Assembly (NCBI RefSeq): GCF_018977255.1
Contig: NW_024704742.1
Coordinates: 70,310,001 to 70,374,000 of the forward strand
Direction: 5' to 3'
DNA length: 64,000 nt
Source of the DNA: Callorhinchus milii
Lineage: Eukaryota
Position 1 is the stretch's first letter; the number at the start of each line of letters is the position of its first letter. The notes under the pieces are model-generated. The model worked only from the letters and a program-made list of their open reading frames with translations, was not told where the DNA came from and searched no databases. Positions 1 through 12,624 of the stretch are shown here, in pieces. A program made the translations under genes and the position numbers.

Positions 1-26
1 GGGAGGGGGGGGTAAAAAAACACTGC

Positions 27-185
27 TCTCTCTCTCTCTCTCTCTCTAGGCCTCGATCCCCGGCCTCTCCCAGGTCTGACCCCCCCAGTCCAGGCTCTCT
101 CTCTCTGTCTCTCTCTCTAGGCCTCGATCCCCGGCCTCTCCCAGCTCTGACCCCCAGTCCAGGCTCTCTCTCTCTCTCTCTCTGT
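27..185. repeat. Duplicated ~70-bp unit embedded in (CT)n
   Basis: TAGGCCTCGATCCCCGGCCTCTCCCAG.TCTGACCCCC.AGTCCAGGC occurs twice (~47 and ~118), separated by CT repeats. Confidence 0.85.
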
Positions 186-800
186 GCCCAGACCCCGCTG
201 CCTGGCTGTGCTGTGCTCTGTGCTGTGCTCTGGGCTGTGCCTCTCTCTCTCTCTCTGTCGCGGCTCCGGGGCGGCCACACGCTCAACTGTACTCTGTAGC
301 CCAAAGTCCACCGAACACGAGCCCCAAAAACAGCCCAACGGCCGACGTCGTCTCGTAGGCGCGTCACTTTATCGCCCAAATATAGCCCAATGGTCTACGT
401 CACCGCCTCTCGACGCGACATGTAGAACCCAAACAACGAGCCCGAAACGTAGCCCAAATTAGCGCCCTGTGTTACGTCATCCTCGCGCGCGTGTTGTTAT
501 AGCCCAAAGTAGCCCAATCTCATACGTCGCCTCCAAGGAGCGTCACATTGTAGCCCAACACAAGCGCCAAACGAGCCCAAGACTATTGCTCATCAGTGCT
601 TATGTGCAAACTGTGTGTAAAAAAGGGTCTTCCAGGGGTGGGTGGGAACAAACGGTTTAAGTTTAACAATAATATAATTAGACATGGCCTAAAATCCCCT
701 TTTCATGCACAAAACCAGCGGCCGCCACCTTCTCATTAAAGGGGACGTGTACGCCCCGATTCAGTGTCGGCAGAGACCCTGCCCCGCGGGAGGAGGGAGA
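180..800. promoter_or_regulatory. CpG island, probable promoter of a neighbouring gene
   Basis: High CpG density against a CpG-poor background; 8 exact AGCCCAA and 4 CGTCA (CRE/ATF half-site) motifs; no coding exon recognised. Confidence 0.55.
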
Positions 801-1388
801 CCTCGCTTTAACATCTCATCTGAAGGACAACACCTCTGACAGCGCATCACTGCGCTCGAGTGTCAGCCTGGACTGTGAGGGCCAAGTCCCAACCTGGGGC
901 TGGAACCCACAATCTTCTAACTCATGTGCGAGCGCTACCCAGAGAGTCCCCACTGACACACCATTGACAGAACAAGAGACGGAGTTTGATGCTTTGGTAA
1001 ACAGGTCACCAAACCCGTTGAGACGGGTTCCCAATATTACCATTTTTGTCCTTCAGGTTTTAGCTGCTATACACACCCCCCCCAGCAGAGTGAGCTCCGA
1101 CATAACAGGACACCAGAAACACTTCAATTGTGTCCTGTTCTATTATAATGATAAGCCTTGCAGTTGATGTAGCGCCTTATCACATCTTCGACGTCTCAGA
1201 ACGCTTCACATAATATACTGTAAAGTGAATTGACTGTGTGTGGGCGAATTATAATAATGCACCATATGATACAGTGCCTTTCTCATGTTGGGAAGAAGTC
1301 ACAAAGCAATTCACTAGGGTGTGTACTTACTGTGTATTTTGTTGTTGAACGCAACAGCCTATTTGCGCACAGCAACATCCCACATCAT

Positions 1389-1835
1389 TGTCAGCCTGGC
1401 TCAGTCAGTAGCACTTTCACTTCTGAGTCAGGAACTTGTGGGTTCAAGCCCTGCCCTTACGTCAGGACTTTGAGCTCACAGTCTAGACTGATGTTCCAGT
1501 GCAGTGCTGTGGGGAGCACTGCGTTGGCAAAGGTGCTGTCCTTCAGGTGAGACATCAAACCAAGGTCCCGTAAGTCTATTCACATTAAATATCCTGTGGC
1601 ACTACTCGAAAAGAGAAGAGAGTTTCTCTCCCCCTGTCCTGGTTGACAATCCCCCAGATACAATTGATCACTAACTCCATGGCTATTTGTGGGACATTAC
1701 TGTTTGCAAACCGGCTGCCGCATTTTGCTACAAATTACACAATCATTCCACTTTACATTAGATCTTGTGAAGCGCTTTGAGATGTCTCAACAATATGATA
1801 AGGCGCTGCATCAAATGCACAAATTGTTATTAATA
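1389..1835 (+). mobile_element. Older DeuSINE (SacSINE1/LmeSINE1-like)
   Basis: TGTCAGCCTGGCTCAGTC.GTAGCAC..CTGAGTCAG..GGGTTCAAGCCC head, CAGGTGGA(C/T)GTTAAAGATCC-type body, Deu core. Many more copies, e.g. ~790-960(-), 6815-7102, 14776-15190, 23547-23910, 35460-35830, 38400-38830(-), 42782-43200. Confidence 0.78.
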
Positions 1836-4800
1836 AATATAACAACACCTTGTATTTATACAGCGCCTTTCACATAGGGTCATGGCTGATTGTAGGACAT
1901 TGCTGTGTGCAGATTGGCTTCTGCGTTGTCCTATAAATACACAGTCACTGCATACAACAGTACATCCTGTAAAACGGTTTGAGACGTCCTGCTGACGTGA
2001 TAAAGTGCTGTATAAAATGCAAGGATTGTTATTATCTGTGACGGAGCCTCAGGAGAGATGATTACAAACAGCACTGTCTGCATGCTTCACTCTGTGACTG
2101 CTGCACAGCCTCCCCACATTAATAATAATAACCCTTGCGCTTAATATAGCACCTTATCACATCATCGAGACATCTCAAAGCGCTTCACAGGATCTAATGT
2201 AAAGTGGAATGATTGTGTAATTTGTAGCAAAACGTGGTGGAGTGGAGTGGAGTGACTGTGTAGTTTGTGGGCGAAACACAGCTAGTTGTGCACAGCAGTG
2301 TCCCACCAACAGCCGTGGACTGAGTGACCATTACGCTGGTTGTGACGAATGCTTGAAGCGGGGAGGTGATTTCAACACTGCAATCTCGCAGGGAGGAAGA
2401 GCAGTATTGACACTAAATATTGCACCAGAGTATTTGTAACTCACCTCCATGCTGGGCTTTGAAGAGCCAGCCTGGGGCCCAGACGTTACTCTGCGTGAGA
2501 GGCGCCAGTTGTTGTTATTATTAGAGCTGACATTCAGCCCTCATATATCGGGTTTTGATCAGCCAGGTGTCTGTCACACGCCAAAACACATCGCCATTCT
2601 TAAGAATCTCCAAACTAGATTGGAGTTCCAAGTATGTATGCCACACACACCTGGAAATTTCCCAGTGTCTGGAATGGAATGCACTCTCTCTCTCCCCAGA
2701 TGGACACATCCTGCTTATCTAATCCCAGAGAGTATTAGGTGCAAATTGTCAAGAGCCAAGGCTTGGGGGATCTCAGAATGTGTGTTGGAGTCTAACCAGC
2801 TAAAATCACATAGCTTGCCGTTTGATGTCTCACCTGAGTGCCCTGCCTGGCAAGCTTACTCATATATTTTATACATTGAGGGTTATTAAATACAATTCTT
2901 ATACCTCAATATATCATCTGTAATATCACTTATTTATTTGATACATTGAAGCATGTCACATGCAAGGATTATTTATTATAATTGCTTTTTTGTCCTATTG
3001 ATACTTCCGTTTTACATAATATCAAATTCATACAATTTCTTTTTGTGGTGGGGCAAGGTGAATGAATTTACATGAGCGAGGCATATTAGCCAGAACAAAG
3101 TGAGAGAAAAATTCCCCCCACTTGCTTTGCACATTATAGTGGCCACGCTTTCAGTCATCTTACCTCCCTTCACTCACCCTCTCGGCCCCGTTAATATTTA
3201 TAATAATAATCCTTGCATTTGATATAACACCTTATCATGTTGTTGAGATATCTCAAAGTGCTTCATAGCATGTTCTGCAAAGTGAATTGACTGTAGTTTT
3301 AAACAAACGCAGTAGACAATTGCGCACAGCAGTGTCTCACAAACAGTTGTGGATTGAGTGATTCGCCCATTCAATTACCCCCAGAAAGTGATCCGGCAAT
3401 CGAATAGCCTGCTTCCTACTTACTGCTAGGTAAATAGAGGAGTGTGGAGTAAGGAAACTTGTCTCAGGTTCTGCCCCACCCAGGAATCAAACCCTAGTCC
3501 TCTCACCTATGAGGAGAGTTCTCTAACCAATACTCTACAGGACTCCACATGTTGGGGGAGAGGCGTCTCTCTTTAATGTCACAAGACTCAGGTTTAGTGA
3601 CTTGTTGAGAAATTAAACAAAAAAAGTTTCTGTTTATGTAGCACTTGATCACGTGAAAAGGTTTTGAAACACCGCTGTCTGGAATAGTGCCTGCTCGGTC
3701 TCAGCCTGGCTCAGTCAGAGGCACTCTCATCTCAGAGTCACAAGGTTGTGAGTTTAAGCCCCAACCTCAGGACTTTGAGTACACACATGGGATGTCTTCC
3801 TGACGTGAAAGGCGCTATACAAAAGTAGTTTGTTGTAATTTGTTGTTGTCTCGACGCATGTCGGAGATGCCATCCTCTAGATGAGATGTTTAACCGAGTT
3901 TCCCATCTGTTCCTGTTCAGCCGAACGTTAACGATCCCGTGTCACTGTTTGATAAAGAGAACAAAGGAACAGGTGTCGGCCATTCAGCCCCTTGAGCCTG
4001 TTCCGCCATTTTATTATATCACGGCTGATATGTACCTCAACTCCAATTCCCCAACCTTGCCCCATATCCCTTGATACCCTGAACTAACAAACATCTATCT
4101 ACCTCAGTCTTGAAAATGTAAATGGATCCAACACTCACAGCCTTTTGAGTGAGAGAGTTCCAGACTTCCGCTACCCTTTGCATGAAATGATGCCTCCTGA
4201 TTTCACTCCTAAATGGCTTAGCTCTAATTTAAAATGATGCCCATTGTTCTGGAATCCCCACCAGAGGAAATAGTTTCCCTTTATTATTTTAAACACCTCA
4301 ATCAGATCATCCCTCAACCTGCTAAACTTAAGTGAATAGAGACCAAATTTATGCAACCTGTCCTCATAATTTAACCCTTTAAGACTTGGTATGCCCTGAG
4401 AAGGGAATTGCGCTCTCCTGGTGTCCCTGCCAACAATTACCCAAAATAAAAATTGGTCATTAGCTCACAGCTGTTTTGTGGCACGTCATTGTGTACAAAT
4501 TCACTGCCATGTTCGCCTATGAAATACACACAGTCACTACACTTTACAGTAAAATCCAATGAAGAGTTTTGAGATGTTCTCTTGATATGAAACAGTGAAA
4601 GCCCCTCTATCAAATGCGAGTATTTCTACAGTATTATGTTCCTCACCCCCACTCTGCTAGACATACAATCTCGTAAGAACATAAGAATTTGCTAGGCAAA
4701 AGAAGACCAAGGTCCATCCAGTTTGCCTTCCACCATCCTGGCAGTCGCAAGCACATGTCATGTCTCAAACTATATATTGTATCTCAAGATATTTTTCCTA

Positions 4801-5602
4801 ACAGAAATTTATCTAATTTGTTGTTGAAAGAATCAACATTTTCTGCTTCCACCATCTCCCTAGGGAGCCTGTTCTATACATTTAAACACTGAAGTAGTGT
4901 TTCCACAGATCTCTTCAATGAGAATAACATGGGTTTGGATCTTACCAGGTGAACTCAGAGAGCAACTTCATCAGAGAAAGTTTCACTTCCAGTTATTTGG
5001 TGAGGACATTGGTTGTTTCCATTCATAGTGGAAGAACGTTGGCCAACAAAGTACTCTTGGTTACTTATACTTCCTCTTTAAACCTGGCCTCATCCTCCTG
5101 AGTCTAATCTCACTGTATCTCAACAAATTGCCTTCTCCAACCTCCTCTCGGCTCCTTGTGTTTGCATCAACTGACTTAGAGCATCTGTCCGCAGCTTCCA
5201 GTCACACAAAACTGACAACTGATCTTACACAGTCCCGTAGCGTTGTGGTTAGTGTGCTCGCACGGCAAGCAAGAGGACCTGGGTTTGATTCCCGAGCAGG
5301 GCAAAACCTTAGGCAAGTTTCCTTATTCCACACGCCTGTTTACCTAGCAGTAAGCAGGAACCTGGTTGTTAGTCAATTGCTGGGTTGTTTTCCAGGGGTA
5401 ATAATCCCTCTCTCCAAAAAATAATAATTTGGTCACTCAATCCATGACTGTTTGTGGGACACTGCTGTGTGCAATTGGCTGCCGCGTTTTGCCCATAAAA
5501 TACAACGAATCCGCTTTACAGTATATTCTCTGAAACGCTTTGAGACATCTCAACAATGTGTTAAGGTGCTATATCAAATGCAAGGATTATTATTATTATT
5601 AA

Positions 5603-5640
<38 letters not shown>

Positions 5641-5893
5641 GTGTTTAAAATTATAAAAGGTTTTGTAAGGTTAACACAAAAAGGCTGTTCCTACTGGTTG
5701 GATAGTCTGTAACATGGGATATCAGTATAAGATAGCGACTAAGGGATCAAAAGAGAATTTAGGAGGAACTATTACATGCAACAACAACAACAACAAATTA
5801 CATTTATATAGCGCCTTCAGGAAGACATCCCAAGTGCAGAGAGTAGTGAGATTGTGGAACTTGCTGGCCGAAGCGGAGGTTGAAGCACATAGT

Positions 5894-6040
5894 AACATAA
5901 CATAACATAACATAACATAACATAACATAACATAACATAACATAACATAACATAACATGTAGGAGCAGGAGTAAGCCATTCGGCCCTTCGAGCCTGCCCG
6001 CCATTCAATCATGGCTGATCTTCTAATCTAACTCCAGCTA
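5894..6040 (-). mobile_element. Short CR1-type 3' tail insertion with expanded (TTATG)n tail
   Basis: GGCCGAATGG..ACTCCTGCTCCT 3'UTR motif on - strand; (CATAA)n at 5893-5958; ATAGT direct repeats at 5889-5893 and 6041-6045. Confidence 0.75.
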
Positions 6041-6194
6041 ATAGTGTAGATACATTCAAAAGGAAGCTCAACCTTCAGATGAGGAAGAGGGGAACAGAAG
6101 GTGTGGGAGGGAGTAAAGAATGGGTGAATACTTGTGTGGAGTATAAACACCGCACAGACTGGTTGGGCTGAGCATCCCGTTCCTATGCTATGCA

Positions 6195-6618
6195 TTCTTG
6201 GTTCAAGATCCTGGTCCTCACCTACAAAGCTCTCCACTGCCTTGCCCCACCCTACCTCTGGGACCTCCTAACCCCCTACCAAGCCGCCCGCTCCCTCCGC
6301 TGAGCCGGCTCCGGCCTGCTCACATCCCCCAATCCACCCGCACCACCATTGGTGGGAGAGCCTTCAGCCACTCTGCCCCCAACCTCTGGAATTCCATCCC
6401 TCAATCACTCCGCCTCTCCCCCTCCTTAGCCTCCTTCAAGTCCCACCTCTAAACCCTCCTCTTCGACCATGTCACTGGTCACCCCCCTTCCCCTCCCCTC
6501 CCTTCTCTCTCCCTGACCCAGCTTGTGTCTGAAATGCTGCACTGTCAGCGCTTTGGGACGTCCTCAAGATGTTGTGAAAGGCGCTATACAAATGTAATCT
6601 TGTTGTTGTTGTTGTTTG
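6195..6618 (+). mobile_element. L2 LINE 3' fragment
   Basis: TIGGRAFSHSAPNLWNSIPQSLRLSPSLASFKSHL, followed by the stem-loop and (GTT)n tail. Confidence 0.85.
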
Positions 6619-7102
6619 TAAACTGAGACCTTGAGCTTGTAGTCTGGGCTAACACTGCAGTGCAGTTGCCGGGGAAAGCATTGCACTGTCAGTGTTGCCG
6701 TCCTTCAGATCAGTTACAACAAGTGCTTTGAGACGTTTTCCCGACATGAAAGGCTCTGTATAAATTTAAGTTGTATTGTATTGGGCCAGCTAGAAGGGAG
6801 ATCAGAAAACATTTGGGATCTTGAGCTCACAGTCCAGGCTGACACTTCTGTGCAGCATTGGGGGAGCTCCGTATTGTCAGAAGTGCTGTCTTTTGGGTGA
6901 GACTTTAAACCGAGTTACTGTCTATTCCTGTTCAGGTGGATGTTAAAGATCCTGTTGCCCTACTCGAAAAGAGAAGAGGGTTTCTCTCCCAGTGTCCTGG
7001 CCAACAATCCCTCAAGTAAAATCAATCATTCACTTGGGACCGTGTTGGGATGTTGCTATGCATCAATTGGCTGCTGACTTGGCCTGCAGAATACACAGTT
7101 AC

Positions 7103-9290
7103 TTTTTTTTTGAAAATATATATTTATTTATAAATATAATATTTAGTACACCAGAAATCCCAAACAAATGCAACATCTTCTGTTACAATGTTTCCCTTTT
7201 CTCCCGATCCCCCCCAAATTCCGTTGTTTACGGTACATTCCTTCATCGCACAAAGGTTGTGCACACGTTTTTTGGGACACTCCCTTTAACGCAGTCGGCA
7301 GTCGTCCCTGTGTACACCACATCCATGTGCGCACCCGCACGCACTTGTCACTTTCGGAAGGCGCCCCGATGTGCATCGTACGCGCACATGTTTACTGTAC
7401 GTACATTTGTGGGACGCTGTTTGGTTACAATTCGAGTGTCCTTCTGTACTCTTAATTTAATCAGTTTTGGGTGCACTTGTGGGCTACTCGGTGGGTGCGC
7501 CCTGAGCGGGTTGTGCCAGAGCGGCTCCTACCAGGGTCAGGCCCCATCTGGCCTTTGCCGTGGTTGAGCCGATCTTCAGCTTGTCCCTCAGTATATAGTC
7601 CTTGATCCTCGTGTGCGCGAGCCTGTGGCAGGCCCTCACCGTACCCTCGTTCTGCCCGAAGAACACCTGGTTTCAGGAGTGGCAAAGGGCCTCCTACCGA
7701 GTTTATGATCCTCCAGGCACTCGATGTGGGTTTTGCTGTGAGTGCCCGGGAACAGGCCGTAAAGCCCCGAGAGCCGTGACAGCAGATCCCCAGGGACAAA
7801 CCGCGAGAGAATCCATTCCATCTTTTTCCAAACCACCTTTGCGGAACAACACTCCAGGAAGAGGTGGTCCAGTCTCCTGGCCTCTGCAGCCGGCCCGAGG
7901 GCAACGTGCCGACTGGCCCAGACCTCGACCGTACATGAAAGCCCTGAGGGGGAGAGACTCTTTTATCGGCAGCCAGGCCATGTCCTGATGGTTGTTGGTC
8001 AGGACGGTGACGAGATGTTTTGCCAGACGTAGCTGGCTGTCGCCGCAGGGTACCTCCTGACTGGGTCTGCCCTCTCCCCCTTTCAAACTGTTTCGACAAC
8101 CTGCCGCGTGGACCACTCGGTTATTACGTGGGGGTCTGAGATGTTGTTCTTCAGGAATTTCTCAACATAGGATAGGTGTTTCAGCTCCAACTGTGAGGAA
8201 CATTTCGAGGCAGTTCTGCCAGACCCACGATTCTTAGCACCGGGTACAGGTAGAAGCCCAGCAGGTAGTGGCATTTGTTGCCGGTGGAGCAGGGCTCCAC
8301 GCACAGCCTCAGGCAGCTACACACAAAGGTGGCCATACGGATCAGGGCTACATTGGGGACCTCTTTCCCCCACTTTTCCGTGGTTTTATGCATTGTGTCC
8401 CTGTAGACACGATCCATCTTGGACCCCCAGATCAGGTGGAAGACTTCCCTGGTGACTGCAGTGATGTTCTAGGTCAAAGGCCAGACCTGGGCCACATACA
8501 GTAACATCGAGAGGGCCTCACATTTTATCACCAGGTTTTTCCCGATGATGGGCAGCGAGCACTGGTGCCACATCACCAGTTTCTTCCTCACTGTGCCTGA
8601 CACACCTCCCAGCTTTTTTGGTGCACCCCAGCAGCCCCGAACCAGATACCGAGGATTTTGATGTAGTCTGGCTTCATCGCAAAAGGTATGTCATTGCGTT
8701 CTTTCCAGTCTCCAAAATACATCACCTGGCTTTTCTGACAGTTAACCTTAATAATAATCCTTGCATTTGATATAGCGCTTTTCACGTCAGGAGGACGTCC
8801 CAAAGCGCTTCACAGAACACACTGTAAAGTGAATTGACTGTATATTTGTGGGCGAACCTTGGGTCCCGAGGCTTGTTCAAACTGGTCACAAATGCCTAGC
8901 AGACTCAAGACCAATTTTTGGTCTATGCAAAAGACGGTGACCTCATCCATATATAGGGAGGCCTTGACTTGTGAGTCGTGGCTGCCCGGGATAGTGACAC
9001 CTCTGATGCTCTTGTCCCTCCCGATGGCCTGTGCAAAGGGTTCGATGCAGCAGACAAACAGGGTGGGGGATAGGGGACAGCCCTAACTCCAAACCTGATG
9101 GGGAATGGCTCAGTCTTGTACCCGTTTACTGTGACTGCGCTTCAGATGTCTGTGTGGAGCAGTTGGATCCACTTTTGTATTCCCTCCCCAAAGCTCATTT
9201 TGGAGAGTAGCTCATCCATGTAGCTGTGAGATACCTTATCAAAGGCTTCCTCTTGATCAAGGCTTATCAGACAGGCCTTTACCCCTCCTT
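7103..9290 (-). mobile_element. 5'-truncated, degenerate Tx1-clade (L1 superfamily) LINE ORF2 plus 3' UTR
   Basis: Minus-strand peptides SLDQEEAFDKVSH, GCPLSPTLF, YMDEV, YIKILGIWFG, CPRAGC..ET, RIKDYILRDKLKIG..AKARWG, with stops and frameshifts. Ends AATAAA...poly-A (T run at 7103-7111 on +). Confidence 0.88.
8750..8854 (-). mobile_element. SINE 3' fragment nested in the Tx1 element
   Basis: Same tail as young SINEs; flanked by AACCTT at 8744-8749 and 8855-8860. Removing it restores ASGPKVNCQKSQ in the Tx1 frame. Confidence 0.85.
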
Positions 9291-9359
9291 GAGTCAGAAG
9301 TTCAAGCCCCTACATCTCACTATGAGCGCTTTCAGCTAAATTATTTCTCTTCAGTGTCA

Positions 9360-9810
9360 GTGTGTGTTGGGATGTGACAGTGTGACTGTGTCAGTGAGTA
9401 TCAGTGAGTGACACAGTGTGATAGTGTGTGACACACCACACATACAATCCCCCCACAACCACACCCACACACACACAACCCACCCGACACACATCCCTAC
9501 ACACACAGCACCCCCCACACACAAACCCCCCCCACCCACATAAACACAACTCACCCCACACACGCCCCTCACACACATACACAACCTCCCCCCCTACACA
9601 CACAATCCCCCCACCCACACACACACACAACCCCTCCCACCCACACCCACACACAACCCCTCCCACCCACACCACACACAACCCCTCCACACATACACAC
9701 GCAGACACGCCCCCCACACACCCCACCCACACACAACACCGCCCCCCCCCCCACCACACGCACACACGCTTGTCCCCCACACACAAACATGCACACAATC
9801 CAAACACCCC
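9360..9810. repeat. CA/C-rich low-complexity tract upstream of the promoter
   Basis: Direct read. Confidence 0.9.
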
Positions 9811-9849
9811 TCACTACTCTCCAACCCCATCCTCTCAGCCCGAAAGTCA

Positions 9850-10170
9850 ATGAATGAGTCAGAGGACTGCACGTTCTTATAAATACTCTTCCTTTATTGG
9901 TGCGACGTGGCTCAGCATGTGACCCTGAGCGACTGTGTCAGGCTGTAGCAGTCGTTAGTCCCAGACTTGCACACACCGGGCTCCTCACGCCGAGGCTCGG
10001 GCCCGCCATGACCGCCTGGGCCCCCACCGTGGACGCCAAGTACGGAGTGGGTGAGTGCGGCCGGTGCTTTCCTGTCAACTGTGTCTTACAGATAAGTGCA
10101 AGGCTTTCACAAGGTCCTGGCATTGTCGTGTTCCTCTCTGCTGCTGCTGTGTTCACTGCCACTGAGTGCA
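9850..10170 (+). promoter_or_regulatory. Putative DOCK2-like core promoter / exon 1 CpG-rich region
   Basis: AP-1 TGAGTCA 9855-9861, TATAAA 9878-9883, ETS core CTTCCT 9888-9893, reverse CCAAT 9896-9900, AGATAA 10090-10095, all around the start codon. Confidence 0.55.
10008..10050 (+). CDS. DOCK2: DOCK2-like exon 1 (MTAWAPTVDAKYGV-)
   Basis: GCCCGCCATG start context; 43 nt coding, then G|GTGAGT donor. Resembles DOCK-A N-termini (M.xW...KYGVA). Confidence 0.88.
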
Positions 10171-12624
10171 ATTTCCTGCTCAGCCATTTGACGAGTTGAC
10201 ACAGCCACAGACGCTTGCACACACACACACACACACACACCGCGCGCGCGCTCACACGCATGCTCGCTCACAAACATACACTGACACAATTGCACTCACA
10301 TACACACAACTGCAATATTACACTCACACATAAATACACAAACAGTTGTGTAGTTTAAGTGGTTAGATCACTCACCTCGCAAGCGAGAGAACCTGGGTTC
10401 GATTCCTGGGCAGCGCAAAACATTGGGTAATTTTCATTACTCCACATGCCTGTGTTCACCTAGCAGTAAGTAGTAACCCGGTTGTTAGTCAATTGTCAGA
10501 TCACTTTTTGGAGAGAATCATTTCTTCAAAAAAATAATAATAATTTGGTCACTCAATCCACTACTGATTGTGGACACTGCTGTGTGCAATTGGCTGCTGC
10601 GTTTCGCCCACAATATATACAGCCAATTCACTTCACAGTATATTCTGTGAAGAGTTTTGAGACGTCTCGGAGACGAGATAAGGCACTATATCAAATGCAA
10701 GGATTATTATTATAAACACATACACGGCTACACACATTCACAAACACACAAATACATACAAGTATACATCCACGCACGAGACATACACAACCACACACAC
10801 ACAGTGAGTGAGCGAGACACACACATACACACAGGTTGTTGAAAATAGGAACGGTGAAAAATGAAAATGGAAAAGTCACTACTAGCAATATAAGAAGTGA
10901 GACTCCACATTATGTGCAGTGTTGGGTTTATGCGGTTTTGTGCATGTGTGTGTGATGGTGTGTGTGTTTGTGTGTGTGTGGATGATTGTACGTGTGTGTC
11001 AGTTTGCAAAACTGTGTATATGTGAGTGAGTGTGAGTGAATATGTATGAGTATGAGTGTGTGTGAGCAAGTGGGGTGAGGGGTCGGGGGGGCAGTGTGGT
11101 GGGGTGCTACACCTGTGATGCCATGAATGTTGGGCACTGTGCAACTGAGTAAATAATAATAATATATAATAATAATCCTTGCATTTGATACAGCACCTTA
11201 TCATGTCGTTGAGATGTCTTAAAGTGCTTCACAGAATATATTGTAAAGTGGATTGACTGTGGGCAAAATGCAACAGCCAGTTGCGCACATCAGTGCCCAC
11301 AAACAGTCGTTGATTTAGTGACCAACTTTTTTGAAGGATTAAGACTCCCAGAAAGTGATCCACCAATCAACTTACAACCAGGTTCCTACTTACTGCTAGG
11401 TAAACAGAGGTGTTTCTCTTCCAGGACCACACCCCACCCCCTCCACCCCGGCATCCTTGTCTTTACAGCAGATGAGAGAGGGGAGGGAGCCTGAGGTGAA
11501 CAGAGAGTCAGAAATTTAGAGAAGTTAGTTGTTTGGTACAGAGGGCTGTGGGGGGTGGGGGGGGGTGAGAGCTCACTCTGTGCTCACTCCGCACTTCCCC
11601 ACTTCTACAACCTGTTTACATCTCACACTCTTATCTGCCCTCTCCACTCGGCTGGTTCTGACCTCCTGGATGTGCTTCTGCTCCCCTATCAGCAGCCGTG
11701 CTTTCAGCCACTACACCCAGAGACTCCGGAACTCTCTCCCTCAGTCCCTTGCCCCCTCCTTCCCGATCTTCAGATCAAACCTGGAGAGCTTCCTCCTCAA
11801 TCGTTCGTACAGTCACCTCCCCGCTTTCCGCCCAGCTCAGCGTCAGGTTCAGCCACTGTTAAGCTCTTTGAGACGCTGCCCTGTGTGAAGGGCACTATGT
11901 AAATGCAAGTTATTTTTATTAGTGTAGGGTGTCAGCCTGGCTCAGTCGGTATTTGGGGCAGCCAAATTACACACAGAAAGGTACCCACAAACAGCCAGGA
12001 AGGGAATGATCGATTTTATTTGAGGGATTGTCAGCCAGGATACCAAGGGAGAGAGAAACTCACTTTTCTTTTGGATTACTACGTGGGATCTTTAACGTCC
12101 ACCTGAACTGGCACAGATGGGACCTCAGGTTTAACATCTCATCCAAGGAGATGGATGTGATGGAGTTAACGCATCTCACAGCAGCTGTGTTTGCAGTTTT
12201 AACCTGTGTATTTATCAGTGCAGATATGTACTAGATTCAATAGTAGCTTTCAAAACGGATTTGGATAGGTACTTGAAAAGGAAACATTTGCAGGGCTATG
12301 GGGTTAGAGCGAGGCAGTGGGACTAGTTGGACAGCTCTTTCAAAGAGCCGGCACAATCACAAAGGGCCGAATGGTGTAAGATTCTATGATTTCCAGATAC
12401 TTTTAACTCCTCGAGTGCACGTAGACCGAGCGAGTCTGAGCGCTCCGTGCTCTACAGAAGTCCTCAAGCCACTGGGTGAGAATAAATAGCCCAGCCAGAT
12501 GTGCAGTGCAGGCCAGGCCAGACACAACAAGCCACAGGTCCCACACACACTCTCTCACATCAAAGTGCCTCATATGAAAAATCGTCATAAGCAACTTTAC
12601 TGCACAAGACAGAAAATTCTTGTG

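Noticed and set aside
2449..2889. 146-aa ORF with a paralogous ORF at 41187-41648
   Set aside because: Similarity reflects a shared DNA repeat with indels that shift frame; no recognisable domain or splice structure.
9357..9872. His/Thr/Pro- and Cys/Val/Gly-rich ORFs (also 57343-57981, 12560-13099)
   Set aside because: Low-complexity CA, GT or GA tracts.
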